64,000 bases of DNA from assembly GCA_015059095.1 (NCBI GenBank), contig SVBA01000009.1, forward strand, positions 3,228 to 67,227, written 5' to 3'. This document shows, in pieces, positions 9,781 through 21,160 of this stretch. Position 1 is the stretch's first letter; each line of letters opens with the position of its first letter. This DNA is from Erysipelotrichaceae bacterium (lineage in GTDB: Bacteria > Bacillota_I > Bacilli_A > RFN20 > CAG-449). The notes under the pieces are model-generated. The model did no database searches. It saw nothing but the letters and a program-made list of their open reading frames with translations, and was not told the origin of the DNA. The translations under genes were made by a program, and so were the position numbers.

Positions 9781-12735
9781 ATGAAATACTTTTTAAATAC
9801 TACTAATTATTATAATTTTGAAGTTATTAATGATAAAACTATTAGGCCACGTTCATATTTTATTCCTTATAAGGACAGTAATTTATTAAATATTACTTCA
9901 CTTATGGAAGAAAGATATTCTTCTAATTTAGTAAAAGTATTAAATGGAGACTGGAATTTTAAATTTTATAAAAATCCTAACTATTTAGATATTAATTTAG
10001 ATACTGAAAAAGTAGATTTTGATGTTATTGATGTTCCTTCGGTGTGGCAATATCGTCATTACGATAAACCGTTTTATTTAAATTGTAGATATCAATTTCC
10101 TTGTAAGCCTCCTATGATTCCTACTTTAAATAAAGTAGGAAAGTGTTTTAATGCTTTTGGTAATGGAAAGTTTTTTCATTATATGAAACCATTAGAAGAT
10201 GAATATAATTTTGTGGGTATATATCAAAAAGAAATTCAAATTAATAAATTAAAAAATAAGATGTATATTTTAACATTTCTAGGAGTTGCTTCTTGCTTTG
10301 ATTTATATATTAATGGAAAATATGTAGGTTATGCAGAAGGATCTCATAATATGCATGAGTTTGATTGTAGCAATTTTTTTATCGATGGAAATAATGAAAT
10401 TGTTGTAGTAGTTAGAAGATGGTGTAATGGATCATATTTAGAGTGTCAAGATATGTTCCGAAATAATGGTATTTTTAGAGACGTATTATTAAAAGAAGAA
10501 GAATATATCTTTGATTATTCTTTAAATACTAGAAAAAGAAATGGAAAATATGATTTAGAAGTTAAAGTGAATTTACGTAAAGAAGCAAAGTTAGTAGTTT
10601 CTTTGCTTGGTATAAAAAATGAATTTACTTTAGAAAAAAAGAAAAATCATATTATTAGTTTTAAGGATTTAGATGTAAAAGAATGGAACGCCGAAGAACC
10701 AAATACTTATATTTTACTTATTCAAGTTATGAGTGATGGTGTGAATGTAGAATCTATTAGGAAATATATTGGTTTTAAGGAAGTGAAAATTAAAGAAGAT
10801 AAATTCTATTTAAATGGTAAACTTATTAAGATTAAAGGCGTTAATCATCATGATACAAGTCCTAAAAATGGGTATTATATGACTCCAAAAGAAATAGAAA
10901 AAGATATATTGCTTTGTAAAGAATATAATGTAAATACGATAAGGACTTCTCATTATCCTAGTGATCCTTTATTGTTAGATTTGGCCACATTTTATGGAAT
11001 ATATATAATTGATGAAGCAGATTTAGAGACTCATGGTTGTCAAGTTGGAACATTAATGAATTTTAATTTGATTTCAAAAGATCCAAAGTGGGAACGTCAT
11101 TATTTAGATAGGGCAATACATCTATTTGAAAGAGATAAAAATAATAGTTGTATTATCATGTGGAGTCTAGGTAATGAAGCTGGTGGATATCAAAATCAAG
11201 ATAAAATGTATGAGTATTTTAAAAAGAATTCTCCTCTACCAGTTCATTATGAAAGTGTAGTACATTCAAAAAGGAAGGCATACGATGTTGGTTCGCAAAT
11301 GTATCCTTCTTTAGAAATGGTAGAAAGTGTAGGATTACATAAATGTAAGATAAAAGAATTTAATGACCGTCCGTATATATTATGCGAGTACGCCCATGCT
11401 ATGGGAGTAGGACCAGGAGCATTAAAAGAATATATGGATTTATTCTATAAGTATGACAATTTAATGGGTGGCTGTATTTGGGAAATGGTTGACCATTCTT
11501 ATTTAGATGAAAAAGGTGTATATAGATATGGGGGAGATCATAATGAATATATGCACGATGGTAACTTCTGTGTAGATGGTTTGTTCTATCCTGATAGAAC
11601 TCCTTCAACAGGAGCAAAGCTAATGAAGTATGAATATCGTCCATTAATCATTACTCATATTAAAGAAAATATATTTGAATTATTTAATACAAACGCTTTT
11701 ATTGATGCTAGTGAATATGTTGTAAGATTTAAAGTTAAAAATGAGGAGATTACTAGGAGTTTTTCCCTAAAAAGTCTATCAAAAATGAAATTCGAGTTAC
11801 CTATTAATTATAATGAAGAAAATATAATTTATATTAAAGTATATTATAAAGATAATTTGGTTTCAGAAGAGTCATTATTAATTAATTATCAAGTAGAACA
11901 AGAAGAGAAGTTATCTTCTCATGCTAAATTAGAAAATAATCAATTAATCTTTAGTGATGGAAAGATATATTTTGAAAATGAAAAATTAATCATCAAATAT
12001 CTAAATGAAAAAATAGAATATGCTGATTATGGTACTTTATTATTTAGAGCACCTACTGACAATGATTTTAATACTTTTGGATTTAAGTTATTTCATGATA
12101 ACGTGAATCAAGAAAATAAAATATCTTCTATTACTTATCAAGAGGGTAAGATTCACTTGACGACATTAATTAATAGTGGAAAAGATGTATTTATAAATGA
12201 AGAAGAGATTGAAGTATCTTCAGAAGGAAAAATTGTTTTTACTTCTATTTTAAAAACTAAGAAAGCTAAAAATGATTTATTTAGATTTGCAAAATCATTT
12301 AAATTAAGTAAAGAATTCAATAAAGTTACTTATTTTGGTAGAAACGAAGAATCTTATTGTGATATGAAAAATTATGCTTTAGTGCAAGAAGATTCTAGAT
12401 TAATAAAAAATATGGTTGAACCAAATATTCGTCCTCAAGAAAGTGGTAATAGATGTGATTGTAAATACGCTATCATTTCCAATGATTCTATTTATGTAAA
12501 ATTTAAAGCATTGGAAGATAGTTTTGAATTGGGAGCAAAGCCATATTCTGACAAAGAATTATTATCTATGAAACATAGAGATGATGAAACTAATAGTGGA
12601 ACATATATCAATATTTGTAAATTTAATAGAGGTATTGGTACAGGAGCATGCGGCCCAATAACTTTGGATAAATACAAATATTATCCAAATAAAGAATACA
12701 AATTGAAATTTGTAATTGAGTTAGGAAGAAAATAA
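9781..12735 (+). CDS. lacZ: beta-galactosidase, GH2 LacZ type
   Basis: GVNHHD, WSLGNEAGG and ILCEYAHAMGVGPG motifs match the LacZ catalytic region. 984 aa. Confidence 0.85.
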   Translation: MKYFLNTTNYYNFEVINDKTIRPRSYFIPYKDSNLLNITSLMEERYSSNLVKVLNGDWNFKFYKNPNYLDINLDTEKVDFDVIDVPSVWQYRHYDKPFYLNCRYQFPCKPPMIPTLNKVGKCFNAFGNGKFFHYMKPLEDEYNFVGIYQKEIQINKLKNKMYILTFLGVASCFDLYINGKYVGYAEGSHNMHEFDCSNFFIDGNNEIVVVVRRWCNGSYLECQDMFRNNGIFRDVLLKEEEYIFDYSLNTRKRNGKYDLEVKVNLRKEAKLVVSLLGIKNEFTLEKKKNHIISFKDLDVKEWNAEEPNTYILLIQVMSDGVNVESIRKYIGFKEVKIKEDKFYLNGKLIKIKGVNHHDTSPKNGYYMTPKEIEKDILLCKEYNVNTIRTSHYPSDPLLLDLATFYGIYIIDEADLETHGCQVGTLMNFNLISKDPKWERHYLDRAIHLFERDKNNSCIIMWSLGNEAGGYQNQDKMYEYFKKNSPLPVHYESVVHSKRKAYDVGSQMYPSLEMVESVGLHKCKIKEFNDRPYILCEYAHAMGVGPGALKEYMDLFYKYDNLMGGCIWEMVDHSYLDEKGVYRYGGDHNEYMHDGNFCVDGLFYPDRTPSTGAKLMKYEYRPLIITHIKENIFELFNTNAFIDASEYVVRFKVKNEEITRSFSLKSLSKMKFELPINYNEENIIYIKVYYKDNLVSEESLLINYQVEQEEKLSSHAKLENNQLIFSDGKIYFENEKLIIKYLNEKIEYADYGTLLFRAPTDNDFNTFGFKLFHDNVNQENKISSITYQEGKIHLTTLINSGKDVFINEEEIEVSSEGKIVFTSILKTKKAKNDLFRFAKSFKLSKEFNKVTYFGRNEESYCDMKNYALVQEDSRLIKNMVEPNIRPQESGNRCDCKYAIISNDSIYVKFKALEDSFELGAKPYSDKELLSMKHRDDETNSGTYINICKFNRGIGTGACGPITLDKYKYYPNKEYKLKFVIELGRK

Positions 12736-12736
12736 T

Positions 12737-13414
12737 ATGAGAGATATTTTACTAGTAGATTTAGATGATACATTATTAGATTTTTCTAAAGCAGAAAAAG
12801 AGGCTTTAGAAAAAGTTTTAGTAGCTTATGGTATAGATAATAATGAAGAAAATCATCAAAAATATTATAAAATTAATAAAGATTATTGGAAAAAATATGA
12901 ACTACATCAAATAAAACGAGAATCTCTTTTAGGAAAAAGATTTGAAGATTTCTTTGAATTATTTAATAAAAAAGTCGATGGAGATAAGGTGAATGAATTG
13001 TATTTCTCTTATTTATCTGAAGGAGCATATTTAATTGATAATGCCTTAGAATTTTGTGAAAAATGTAAAAAAGACGGATACAAATTAATAATTGTTTCAA
13101 ATGGTGTAGGAAGTGTACAAAAACCTAGAATAGAAAAATCTGGATTAAAAAAATACTTTGATAGAATTTATCTTTCTGAAGAAGTAGGTTATAATAAACC
13201 AGATATAGAGTTTTATACAAGAGTTTTGCTTGATTATTATCAACAAGAAAGAATGGTAATGATTGGCGATAGTTTATCGAGCGATATTCAAGGTGGTATT
13301 AACTTTAATATTCCTACGATTTGGTACAATCCTAATCATCTAAAAAGTGATTTGCCGAATTTTGAAGTAGATAATTTAATGGATATATTTAAAATATTGG
13401 AGGAAAATTTATGA
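12737..13414 (+). CDS. HAD-IA family hydrolase (YjjG-like nucleotidase/phosphatase)
   Basis: Motif [12 protein letters not shown], then SNG, K and [11 protein letters not shown] motifs. Starts 2 nt after the lacZ stop. Confidence 0.7.
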   Translation: MRDILLVDLDDTLLDFSKAEKEALEKVLVAYGIDNNEENHQKYYKINKDYWKKYELHQIKRESLLGKRFEDFFELFNKKVDGDKVNELYFSYLSEGAYLIDNALEFCEKCKKDGYKLIIVSNGVGSVQKPRIEKSGLKKYFDRIYLSEEVGYNKPDIEFYTRVLLDYYQQERMVMIGDSLSSDIQGGINFNIPTIWYNPNHLKSDLPNFEVDNLMDIFKILEENL

Positions 13415-13788
13415 AAATAGCTTTAATTGCCCATGATAAGAAAAAACAAGATATGATTGATTTATGCGTTAAATATAGAGATGTATTGGATGGTCATGAT
13501 TTATACGCTACAGGAACAACAGGTACTATGGTAATGGGAGAAACAGGTCTTAAAATTATTAGAATGAAGTCTGGTCCTTTAGGAGGAGACCAACAAATTG
13601 GTTCAATGGTTGCAGAAAAGAATTTAGATATGATTATTTTCTTAAGAGATCCTTTGACTGCACAACCTCATGAACCAGATGTTACTGCTTTATTAAGATT
13701 AAGTGATGTTATGAACATTCCTTTAGCGACTAATGTTAGTAGTGCAACAATTATGCTTGAAGATTTAAAATTAAGAAAACAATTGTAA
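13411..13788 (+). CDS. mgsA: methylglyoxal synthase
   Basis: [12 protein letters not shown]...YATGTTG...[10 protein letters not shown] is the MgsA signature. Overlaps the HAD gene by 4 nt. Confidence 0.85.
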   Translation: MKIALIAHDKKKQDMIDLCVKYRDVLDGHDLYATGTTGTMVMGETGLKIIRMKSGPLGGDQQIGSMVAEKNLDMIIFLRDPLTAQPHEPDVTALLRLSDVMNIPLATNVSSATIMLEDLKLRKQL

Positions 13789-13799
13789 ATGGTTAGTTT

Positions 13800-14180
13800 A
13801 TGACAAAAGAAAGATTAATTGAATATCGAGATAAATTAAATAATATTGTTTTAATTTATCGAAAGAAAAATAAAAAATGGTCAATTTTATCAACCTTAAT
13901 GATCATCATAGGTATTCTTTTTGTTATTGTTCCAGCGATGATTGTTGGAGATAATAATGGTGAAGATAAACCATTATATTTCTTTGTTTTAGTAATTATC
14001 GGTTTGATTGTTATTATTGGTGGATTATTTTCTCTATGTATTTTTATATATAATAAATCTATAATTATTAAGCATAAAAATTACAAAGATGCGATTTCTC
14101 ATGAACTTACTTATATGTCTAGAAATGGGTTAGAAGAATCTAGCAAGGATTTTTCTTATTTGGATAAAATTAATATTTAG
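13800..14180 (+). CDS. small 2-TM membrane protein (hypothetical)
   Basis: Two hydrophobic helices. Directly upstream of the two-component pair. Confidence 0.35.
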   Translation: MTKERLIEYRDKLNNIVLIYRKKNKKWSILSTLMIIIGILFVIVPAMIVGDNNGEDKPLYFFVLVIIGLIVIIGGLFSLCIFIYNKSIIIKHKNYKDAISHELTYMSRNGLEESSKDFSYLDKINI

Positions 14181-14221
14181 TTAATATAAGTTAGTTAATA
14201 TAAGTATAGGACGGTGAGATT

Positions 14222-14899
14222 ATGATTAAAATTTTATTAGTTGAAGATGATGTTAATCTCAATGATTTAGTTAAAACAATATTAGAAAGAAATGGTTTTT
14301 TAGTAAGTAATTTTTATTCTGCAAATGATGCATTACGCAGCATGGAAAATAGAGCTTACGATTTGATTATTTCTGATATTATGATGCCTAATATTGATGG
14401 ATTTGAATTTGCTAAAGCTATTAGAGAAAATGATAAAAATATTCCGATTTTATTTATGACTGCAAAAGGTGAATTTGAAGACAAATTAAAGAGTTATTCT
14501 ATAGGTGTTGATGATTACATGGTTAAACCAATTGATATTAAAGAGTTGGTTTTAAGAGTAGGTGCTCTTTTAAGAAGAGCAAAAATCAATAATGAACGTA
14601 AAATTCAAATTGGTTCTACCATAATTGATTCGGATTCGTTAAGTATTATAGAAAATGAAGAAGAGATAATTTTGCCTTTAAAAGAATTTAACATTTTATT
14701 TAAATTATTATCAAATCCAGGAAAAATATATACTAGAAGTCAAATTATGAATGAATGCTGGGGTATATACACTGAGTCTATGGATAGAACAATTGATGTT
14801 CATATTACACATTTAAGAGAAAAAATTAAAGACAATCCCAATTTTGAAATTGTTACTGTTAGAGGATTAGGTTATAAGGCGGTAATTAAAAATGGATGA
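14222..14899 (+). CDS. OmpR-family response regulator
   Basis: Receiver domain (LVEDD...D...DIMMP...K) followed by a winged-helix trans_reg_C domain. GGTGAG RBS. Confidence 0.85.
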   Translation: MIKILLVEDDVNLNDLVKTILERNGFLVSNFYSANDALRSMENRAYDLIISDIMMPNIDGFEFAKAIRENDKNIPILFMTAKGEFEDKLKSYSIGVDDYMVKPIDIKELVLRVGALLRRAKINNERKIQIGSTIIDSDSLSIIENEEEIILPLKEFNILFKLLSNPGKIYTRSQIMNECWGIYTESMDRTIDVHITHLREKIKDNPNFEIVTVRGLGYKAVIKNG

Positions 14900-15953
14900 T
14901 CACAGAAGAAGAATTAAAGATAGGGTTGTTACTAAAGTTATCACTATCAGCTTTGTTAGTGTTCTTTTGACTTTTGCTATTTTAGCACTCCTTACTTTTT
15001 TTGCTTTTGAATTTGGTGATTGGGAGATACATAAGCCTTCAGAATTAAAACCTCGCTCTCCATTACTTACTATGGGAATATTAATATTTATTTCTTTAGT
15101 TTTTGGTTTGCTCTTTTCAGCATTTATTTCTACTAGATTCCTTCAACCTGTAAATGAATTAAAGAAAATGACTAGTAGAGTTGCTAAAGGAGATTTTACA
15201 GTTCAAATGGTCGACATTCCGGAGAGCGAATTTGGGGAATTTATACAAGACTTTAATACAATGGTTAAAGAGTTAAGAAAAAATGAAATGTTGAAGAATG
15301 ATTTTGTTTCTAATGTTTCTCACGAGTTTAAAACTCCTTTATCGGTAATTGAAGGTTATGCTACGTTACTTCAAGACCCTTCTTTGAGTGAAGAAGATAG
15401 AAAAAAGTATACTCAAATAATTATTGAATCAACAAAAAAATTAAGTACTTTAGTTAATAATGTTTTAAAGATTTCTAAATTAGATAATCGTAAAATAACA
15501 ATTAATAAAGAAGAGTATTACTTAGATGAACAAATAAGAGAATCAATTTTATCCTATCAAGATGAATGGGTAAACAAAAAAATTGATTTTGATATTGATA
15601 TGGAATCTATATTGATTAATGCAGACAAGAATTTATTAATTAATGTATGGAATAATTTAATCAGTAATGCTATCAAGTTTTCGCCAGAAAACAGTACTAT
15701 TTTTATAACTTTATCAAAAGAAAATGGACAAGCAAAAATTGCTATAAAGGATGAGGGATGTGGCATTCCAAAAGATGATATTCCTTACATTTTTGATAAA
15801 TTCTTTCAAGTTGATAAATCACACAAAAGTAATGGAAATGGATTAGGATTAACTTTGGTAAAAGATATTATTAATTTATTAAAAGGAACAATTGAAGTAG
15901 ATAGTGAAGTAAATAAGGGAACAACTTTTACTATATACTTACCTATAAGGTAA
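14892..15953 (+). CDS. sensor histidine kinase (TM-HAMP-HisKA-HATPase)
   Basis: Two TM helices, H-box SHEFKTPLSVIEGY, N box, and a G box GLGLTLVK. Overlaps the response regulator by 8 nt. Confidence 0.85.
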   Translation: MDDHRRRIKDRVVTKVITISFVSVLLTFAILALLTFFAFEFGDWEIHKPSELKPRSPLLTMGILIFISLVFGLLFSAFISTRFLQPVNELKKMTSRVAKGDFTVQMVDIPESEFGEFIQDFNTMVKELRKNEMLKNDFVSNVSHEFKTPLSVIEGYATLLQDPSLSEEDRKKYTQIIIESTKKLSTLVNNVLKISKLDNRKITINKEEYYLDEQIRESILSYQDEWVNKKIDFDIDMESILINADKNLLINVWNNLISNAIKFSPENSTIFITLSKENGQAKIAIKDEGCGIPKDDIPYIFDKFFQVDKSHKSNGNGLGLTLVKDIINLLKGTIEVDSEVNKGTTFTIYLPIR

Positions 15954-15986
15954 AAAAAACGTTAGGCGGTCCTAACGTTTTATTTT
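15952..15986. terminator. bidirectional rho-independent terminator
   Basis: AACGTTAGG-CGGT-CCTAACGTT hairpin, with an A-run on one side and a T-run on the other, between convergent genes. Confidence 0.7.
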
Positions 15987-15987
15987 G

Positions 15988-17127
15988 CTAAAAATCTTGA
16001 TTGTTGATAGCCTGTTCAACTTTTTCTTCTTCTTTTTGCTTTTTTTCAAGTTCTTCTAAGGCTTCGTCTAATTCAGCTTGTTCGTCTCTTTCTATATCGT
16101 ATTCATCTTCGATTTCACCGACCAATTCTTCGATGATATCTTCAAGAGTAATAATACCTATAATTTTATTATTAGATCTTACAAATGCCATATGTTGGTG
16201 TTCTTTTTGTAAAGTTTTTAACAAGCGAGAAATTTTAATGTTTGGTTTAGTGATGATTGGCTCTGCGATGATAGAATTTAAATCTTGTTCATCATTAATT
16301 AACATTTCATAGAATTCTTTTTGATAAATAATTCCATAAATTGTGCTTACTTTATTAGTTTTGGAAATAGGTAATCTAGAGTAATTATATTTTTCAAATA
16401 TTTCTTGGATAGTGTCATAACTATCGCCATCTTTTACATAAATTACATCTCTACCTTTAGTCATAATATCTTCTACTAATAAGTCACCATATTCGATGGT
16501 ATTTAAAATTAGTTTCTTTTCAATATTATTTAAAACACCTTCCCTTTGAATATTATCTACTAATAATTCGAATTCTTCTTCAGTCATAGTTGGTTCTTCT
16601 TTAATTTTAAATATTTTCTTGATTAACTTATTGAATAATTCAAAAATTAAAGATATAGGATAGAAGATATAGTATAGAACTGTGATAGGGTAAACTACAA
16701 ACATTGCATATTTTTCTGCGACTAATTTTGCTAAAGATTTAGGTAAAATTTCACCACAGATTAAAACTGTAATTGTAACGATGATTGTCATAACTCCAGT
16801 AGAAAAATTTTGTTCAACTGCGATTAAAGTCGCTAGTGAAGTACCTGCAATATTTACAATATTATTTCCTATTAAAATAGTTGAAATAAATCGGTCGTAT
16901 GAGTCTCTTAATTTAAGAGCTAATCTAGCAGTTTTTTTTGTTTTTGCTAAATTTTTCATTCTTATCGTAGAAAAAGATGTAAATGCTGTTTCTGTTGAAG
17001 AAAAGAATGCGGATAAAAGTAATAATAGTACTAATGTACCATATGCTATTATAGGATTTGCTATTAATCCATTACTTAAAATAATCGGCTGCTCGGGAAT
17101 CATATTTCGTTTTATTAAAACCTCCAT
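15988..17127 (-). CDS. CNNM/DUF21-CBS-CorC_HlyC family membrane protein (hemolysin C/CorC-like transporter)
   Basis: DUF21 TM region with SASETAFTS, a CBS pair and a C-terminal CorC_HlyC domain. The true start may be the internal ATG (MIPEQ...), which lies 24 nt downstream. Confidence 0.75.
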   Translation of the reverse strand: MEVLIKRNMIPEQPIILSNGLIANPIIAYGTLVLLLLLSAFFSSTETAFTSFSTIRMKNLAKTKKTARLALKLRDSYDRFISTILIGNNIVNIAGTSLATLIAVEQNFSTGVMTIIVTITVLICGEILPKSLAKLVAEKYAMFVVYPITVLYYIFYPISLIFELFNKLIKKIFKIKEEPTMTEEEFELLVDNIQREGVLNNIEKKLILNTIEYGDLLVEDIMTKGRDVIYVKDGDSYDTIQEIFEKYNYSRLPISKTNKVSTIYGIIYQKEFYEMLINDEQDLNSIIAEPIITKPNIKISRLLKTLQKEHQHMAFVRSNNKIIGIITLEDIIEELVGEIEDEYDIERDEQAELDEALEELEKKQKEEEKVEQAINNQDF

Positions 17128-17305
17128 TAATGAAAAATATTATATCACATTAGATTATATTTTCAATAATTTAAGAAAAATCATTTTTAGTTATTTGTTC
17201 GTATGAAAATAAAATTATTTTTTATAAAAGTGATGAAAAATAGTACAAACGCTTTTATATAAAATAATAATTTGATATTATTTATTTTATGAGGAGAAAG
17301 AAATT

Positions 17306-20014
17306 ATGAAGAAAAAACTTTTGTTTATGATTCCGTTTATCGCTCTTTCCTTATTAGTTGGTTGTACTAGTAATTCAAGAGTAAATATTGGAATCAAGCC
17401 TGCTGAAGATAACTCTTCTGAAGTATCAACAGTACAACAAGAAACCGAAAAAGTTAGAATTCATTACCAAAGAGCAGACAAGGATTACACTAATTGGGGC
17501 ATTTGGTTATGGAGATATAAACCTAACGGTAATGGTTATAATATTCCATTTGATGGAGAAGACGATTTTGGTGGATATGCTGATATTGACATCGTATCTG
17601 AAGATAGTGATTATGTCGGCGCAGAAATTTTAGGTTTTATTATTAAAACTGATATTGATGATAGAAAAGAATTCGGTAACGCTACTCGTGATCCAAAAAG
17701 TGTAGGTGATCGTTACATCACAATTAGTGAAACTTCACCAGGTGGTATTCAACACGTTTGGCTATGTGAAAATGATGCTGAAGTTTATGAAACAATGGAA
17801 GCTTCACAAAAGAATAAAGTTTTAAGTGGTGATTTTACTACAACTAAAAAATTCACTGTAAAAGTTGCTTTTGATGCTGATACTAAAACTGTAGAAGCAA
17901 GTCAATTCCACCTTTATGCTGATAATGAAGAATTACCAAAAACTCAATATACTTATTCTATTAAAGATACATTAATTACTGTTACTTTAAAATCAGAAGC
18001 TGATATTACTAAAAAGTATAAAGTAAAAATTGATTTTCCAGATAAGGAATGTGAATTAACTTTAGGTATTTCTGTATTCTATAATACTCAACAATTTAAA
18101 GATAATTACACTTATTATGGTGATGATTTAGGTGTTACATTCAATAAAACAAAAACGAAAACAACATTTAAATTATGGGCTCCTGTATCTACAAATGTTA
18201 TTTTAAATATTTATGATTATGGTACAGAATTCCAAAGTTTTGAAGAACCAGCACAAGCTTTACCTTCAAAAAGATATCAAATGAGACATGAACAACAAGG
18301 TGTTTGGTCTATTACAATTCCAGCATACTTACATGGTAAATACTTCACATATACTGTTACTAATGGTACTTTAACTAATGAAGTAGTTGATCCATATGCT
18401 AAGGCATGTGGTGTCAATGGTAAACGTGGTATGATCGTAGACTTTGATGTAATCAATGAAGAAATTGGTTGGGATGAAGTTTCTTGGCCAAATAAAAATT
18501 TAAACTCTAATACTGACGCTATCGTTTATGAAGCTCATGTAAGAGATATGACAATTTCTGAAACTTCAGGTGTTACTAGAGAAGAAAAAGGAACATTCTT
18601 AGGTTTATCAAGAAAAGGAACAACATATACAGATGCAAATGGTACTACAGTTTCAACAGGTTTAGACCATGTTAAAGAATTAGGTATCACTCATATTCAA
18701 TTAGAACCATTCTATGATTATGCTTCTACAGAAGAAACAGAAGTTAATAGATTCGAAGAAGAAGATAATTATAACTGGGGTTATGATCCATATAACTATA
18801 ACTGTTTAGAAGGTGGTTATTCTACTGATCCTCATAATGGTTTAACAAGAATTTATGAATTCAAAGAAATGATGAAAAGTTTCTATGATTATGATATCGG
18901 TTTAATTATGGACGTTGTTTATAATCATACTGCTAAGGGTCCAGACTCTTGGTTTAACTTAATCGTTCCAGGTTATTATTATAGATTATTACCAGATGGA
19001 GCATTCTATAATGACTCTGGTTGTGGTAATACAATCGCTACTGAAAGACCAATGGTAAGAAAATATATTATTGAATCATTAAAATTCTGGACATCAGAAT
19101 ATAAAATTTCTGGTTTCAGATTTGACTTAATGGGTTTAATGGATACAATTACAATGTCAATGGCTTACAAAGAATTAGAAAAAATTTATGATGACATCAT
19201 CATGTATGGTGAACCATGGCCTCAAGGCGGTCAAGCTGAAGAAGATCTTGGTTACCAAGGCGTTGTTTCTTGGGTTGGCGATAGACTTGCTCAAACAATT
19301 GGTGTTGGTGGTTTCAACGATAAGATGAGAGACTCAGTAAGAGGTGGCGCATGGGATGGCGCTCAACCTGGTTGGGTTCAAGGAAATCAAAATTGCAATA
19401 TCGGACAAATTATTAACGGTATTAAAGGTACAATTCAAGGTGAAACTACTTTAGATCCAACTAAGGTTGTTAACTATGTATCTTGTCATGATAACTATAC
19501 TCTTTACGATCATTTAAGATTATCTAGTGGATTAACAAATATTCATGCTAGATCTACTCAATCAGATGCATTTGTTTTATTTGCTCAAGGTATTCCATTC
19601 ATCCAAGAAGGTGAAGAATTCTTAAGAACTAAAGGTGATGATCACGAAGTTAACCATAACTCATATAATGCAGGTGACTTTGTTAATACAATGAACTATG
19701 CATTAAAAATTGAAAATGCAGATGTATTTAGAGAACTTCAAGAACAAATAGCTTTAAGAAAAGAATACGAAGGATTCAGATTAGATACTCGTGCTAAAGT
19801 TATTGATTCATTAAAAATCTCTAGTGAAACAGCAAATTTAATTTCTTACACTATTACTTATGGTGGAAAAACATTATATGTAGCTCATTCTCAAGGTGGA
19901 GCAACAATTAATGTAAGTGGATATACTTTAGCTTATTCAAATAAAGATGGTGCAACAAGTTCAGGAAGTAGTTATAAATTAGCTGCAAATGAATCAGTTG
20001 TATTTGTTAAATAA
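17306..20014 (+). CDS. pulA: type I pullulanase (GH13) lipoprotein
   Basis: Lipobox LLVGCTS, then GH13 regions YNWGYDP, DVVYNHT, GFRFDLMG, EPW and YVSCHDN. GAGGAG RBS. Confidence 0.85.
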   Translation: MKKKLLFMIPFIALSLLVGCTSNSRVNIGIKPAEDNSSEVSTVQQETEKVRIHYQRADKDYTNWGIWLWRYKPNGNGYNIPFDGEDDFGGYADIDIVSEDSDYVGAEILGFIIKTDIDDRKEFGNATRDPKSVGDRYITISETSPGGIQHVWLCENDAEVYETMEASQKNKVLSGDFTTTKKFTVKVAFDADTKTVEASQFHLYADNEELPKTQYTYSIKDTLITVTLKSEADITKKYKVKIDFPDKECELTLGISVFYNTQQFKDNYTYYGDDLGVTFNKTKTKTTFKLWAPVSTNVILNIYDYGTEFQSFEEPAQALPSKRYQMRHEQQGVWSITIPAYLHGKYFTYTVTNGTLTNEVVDPYAKACGVNGKRGMIVDFDVINEEIGWDEVSWPNKNLNSNTDAIVYEAHVRDMTISETSGVTREEKGTFLGLSRKGTTYTDANGTTVSTGLDHVKELGITHIQLEPFYDYASTEETEVNRFEEEDNYNWGYDPYNYNCLEGGYSTDPHNGLTRIYEFKEMMKSFYDYDIGLIMDVVYNHTAKGPDSWFNLIVPGYYYRLLPDGAFYNDSGCGNTIATERPMVRKYIIESLKFWTSEYKISGFRFDLMGLMDTITMSMAYKELEKIYDDIIMYGEPWPQGGQAEEDLGYQGVVSWVGDRLAQTIGVGGFNDKMRDSVRGGAWDGAQPGWVQGNQNCNIGQIINGIKGTIQGETTLDPTKVVNYVSCHDNYTLYDHLRLSSGLTNIHARSTQSDAFVLFAQGIPFIQEGEEFLRTKGDDHEVNHNSYNAGDFVNTMNYALKIENADVFRELQEQIALRKEYEGFRLDTRAKVIDSLKISSETANLISYTITYGGKTLYVAHSQGGATINVSGYTLAYSNKDGATSSGSSYKLAANESVVFVK

Positions 20015-20031
20015 GAAAGGAGATAGATGAT

Positions 20032-21009
20032 ATGAAATTAAGAAAATTATTATTAATTGCTCTTGCAGCATTATCTTTATCTTCTTTAGCTTCATGTGAT
20101 ATTACTGGAAATGGCGGAAGCGAACAATCTTCTAGCGAAATTTCTTCTAATCCAGATGAAGGTATTAATGTTTCTGGAACAAAAACTGAAACATCGTTAA
20201 CAGTTGATTTCTATTATAATCAACCAAACATGGGTATCTATAAAAGATATTATGTAGAACCAGGTTCAAAAATTAGATCATTTAATTGTTTAATTTCAGG
20301 TCTTAAATTCCAAGGCTTCTACTATGATGAATATGGTCAAGAACCTTTTAGTTTCTCAACTCCTATTACTGAAAATTTAACATTATTTGCATATCATTTA
20401 GGTAATGGTCAATCTCCTGAAACTTATCCTTATGAAGAAGAAGGTAATTACAAAATTACTTGGGGTAGAGTTATCGGTGCATCTTATCAAGAAGCAAGTG
20501 GTGAAGTATTACCATTAAGCGCTTCTAAAGATGACGTAGTTAAATTTAAATTGGTTAAAGATCCAGGCATTAATACTATCTTTAGTGTAACTTGTAATGG
20601 AGAAACTATTACTCCTGATAATGAAGGAATTTATAGTGTAACAATTACTAAAAATACAAGAATTAGTACTGCTATTGCAGGTAAAGAAGAACGTACTTAT
20701 GTTGTTGAAAATAACCCAGAATGGTTACAAAACGATGGTTGTGTAATCTTTGGTTGGGTTTGGGAACAAGGTAAAGAAGGTCACTGGGTAGAGGCTACTT
20801 TAGAAGGTACTACTTTCTCATTCACAACAGATGAAAATCTAGCAGGATTCTTATTTGTAAGATGTGTTAGAGGTACTTCAACTCCTTCTTGGTCAACTAC
20901 TGGTGATGCAGCAGGTAGAGTATATAATAAAACAATTGACTTTATTTGTGTTCCAGGTGTTACTACTTATAATGGTTCTACTTCTTGGGTAGACTATAAT
21001 CCTCAATAG
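20032..21009 (+). CDS. lipoprotein of unknown function downstream of pullulanase
   Basis: Lipobox LASCDI and a Ser-rich linker. Same strand as pulA and 17 nt after it. AGGAG RBS. Confidence 0.45.
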   Translation: MKLRKLLLIALAALSLSSLASCDITGNGGSEQSSSEISSNPDEGINVSGTKTETSLTVDFYYNQPNMGIYKRYYVEPGSKIRSFNCLISGLKFQGFYYDEYGQEPFSFSTPITENLTLFAYHLGNGQSPETYPYEEEGNYKITWGRVIGASYQEASGEVLPLSASKDDVVKFKLVKDPGINTIFSVTCNGETITPDNEGIYSVTITKNTRISTAIAGKEERTYVVENNPEWLQNDGCVIFGWVWEQGKEGHWVEATLEGTTFSFTTDENLAGFLFVRCVRGTSTPSWSTTGDAAGRVYNKTIDFICVPGVTTYNGSTSWVDYNPQ

Positions 21010-21026
21010 TAATTAATTTATTAATT

Positions 21027-21064
21027 AATCCTAATTTTCCGTTGTGAAAGTTAGGATTTTTTTC
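21027..21064 (+). terminator. rho-independent terminator
   Basis: AATCCTAA...TTAGGATT hairpin plus a T7 run. Confidence 0.7.
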
Positions 21065-21122
21065 TTTGTCAAAAAAAATAGATTTTATAGTGAAAAAAAC
21101 TAGTAATTTTTATAAAAGAGTC

Positions 21123-21148
21123 TATAATATAGTTTGTAACCGAACTAT
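21123..21148 (+). promoter_or_regulatory. TATAAT -10 box followed by an ATAGTT-N8-AACTAT palindrome (candidate MarR operator)
   Basis: TATAAT at 21123-21128. A perfect inverted repeat ATAGTTtgtaaccgAACTAT lies between the -10 box and the GGAGG RBS of the MarR gene. Confidence 0.4.
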
Positions 21149-21160
21149 TTGGAGGTAAAT

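Noticed and set aside
13800-14180. The small 2-TM protein upstream of the two-component system as a paralog of the island 2-TM proteins.
   Set aside because: Only the topology is shared. I see no sequence motif in common with 59771..60256 or 61496..61984.
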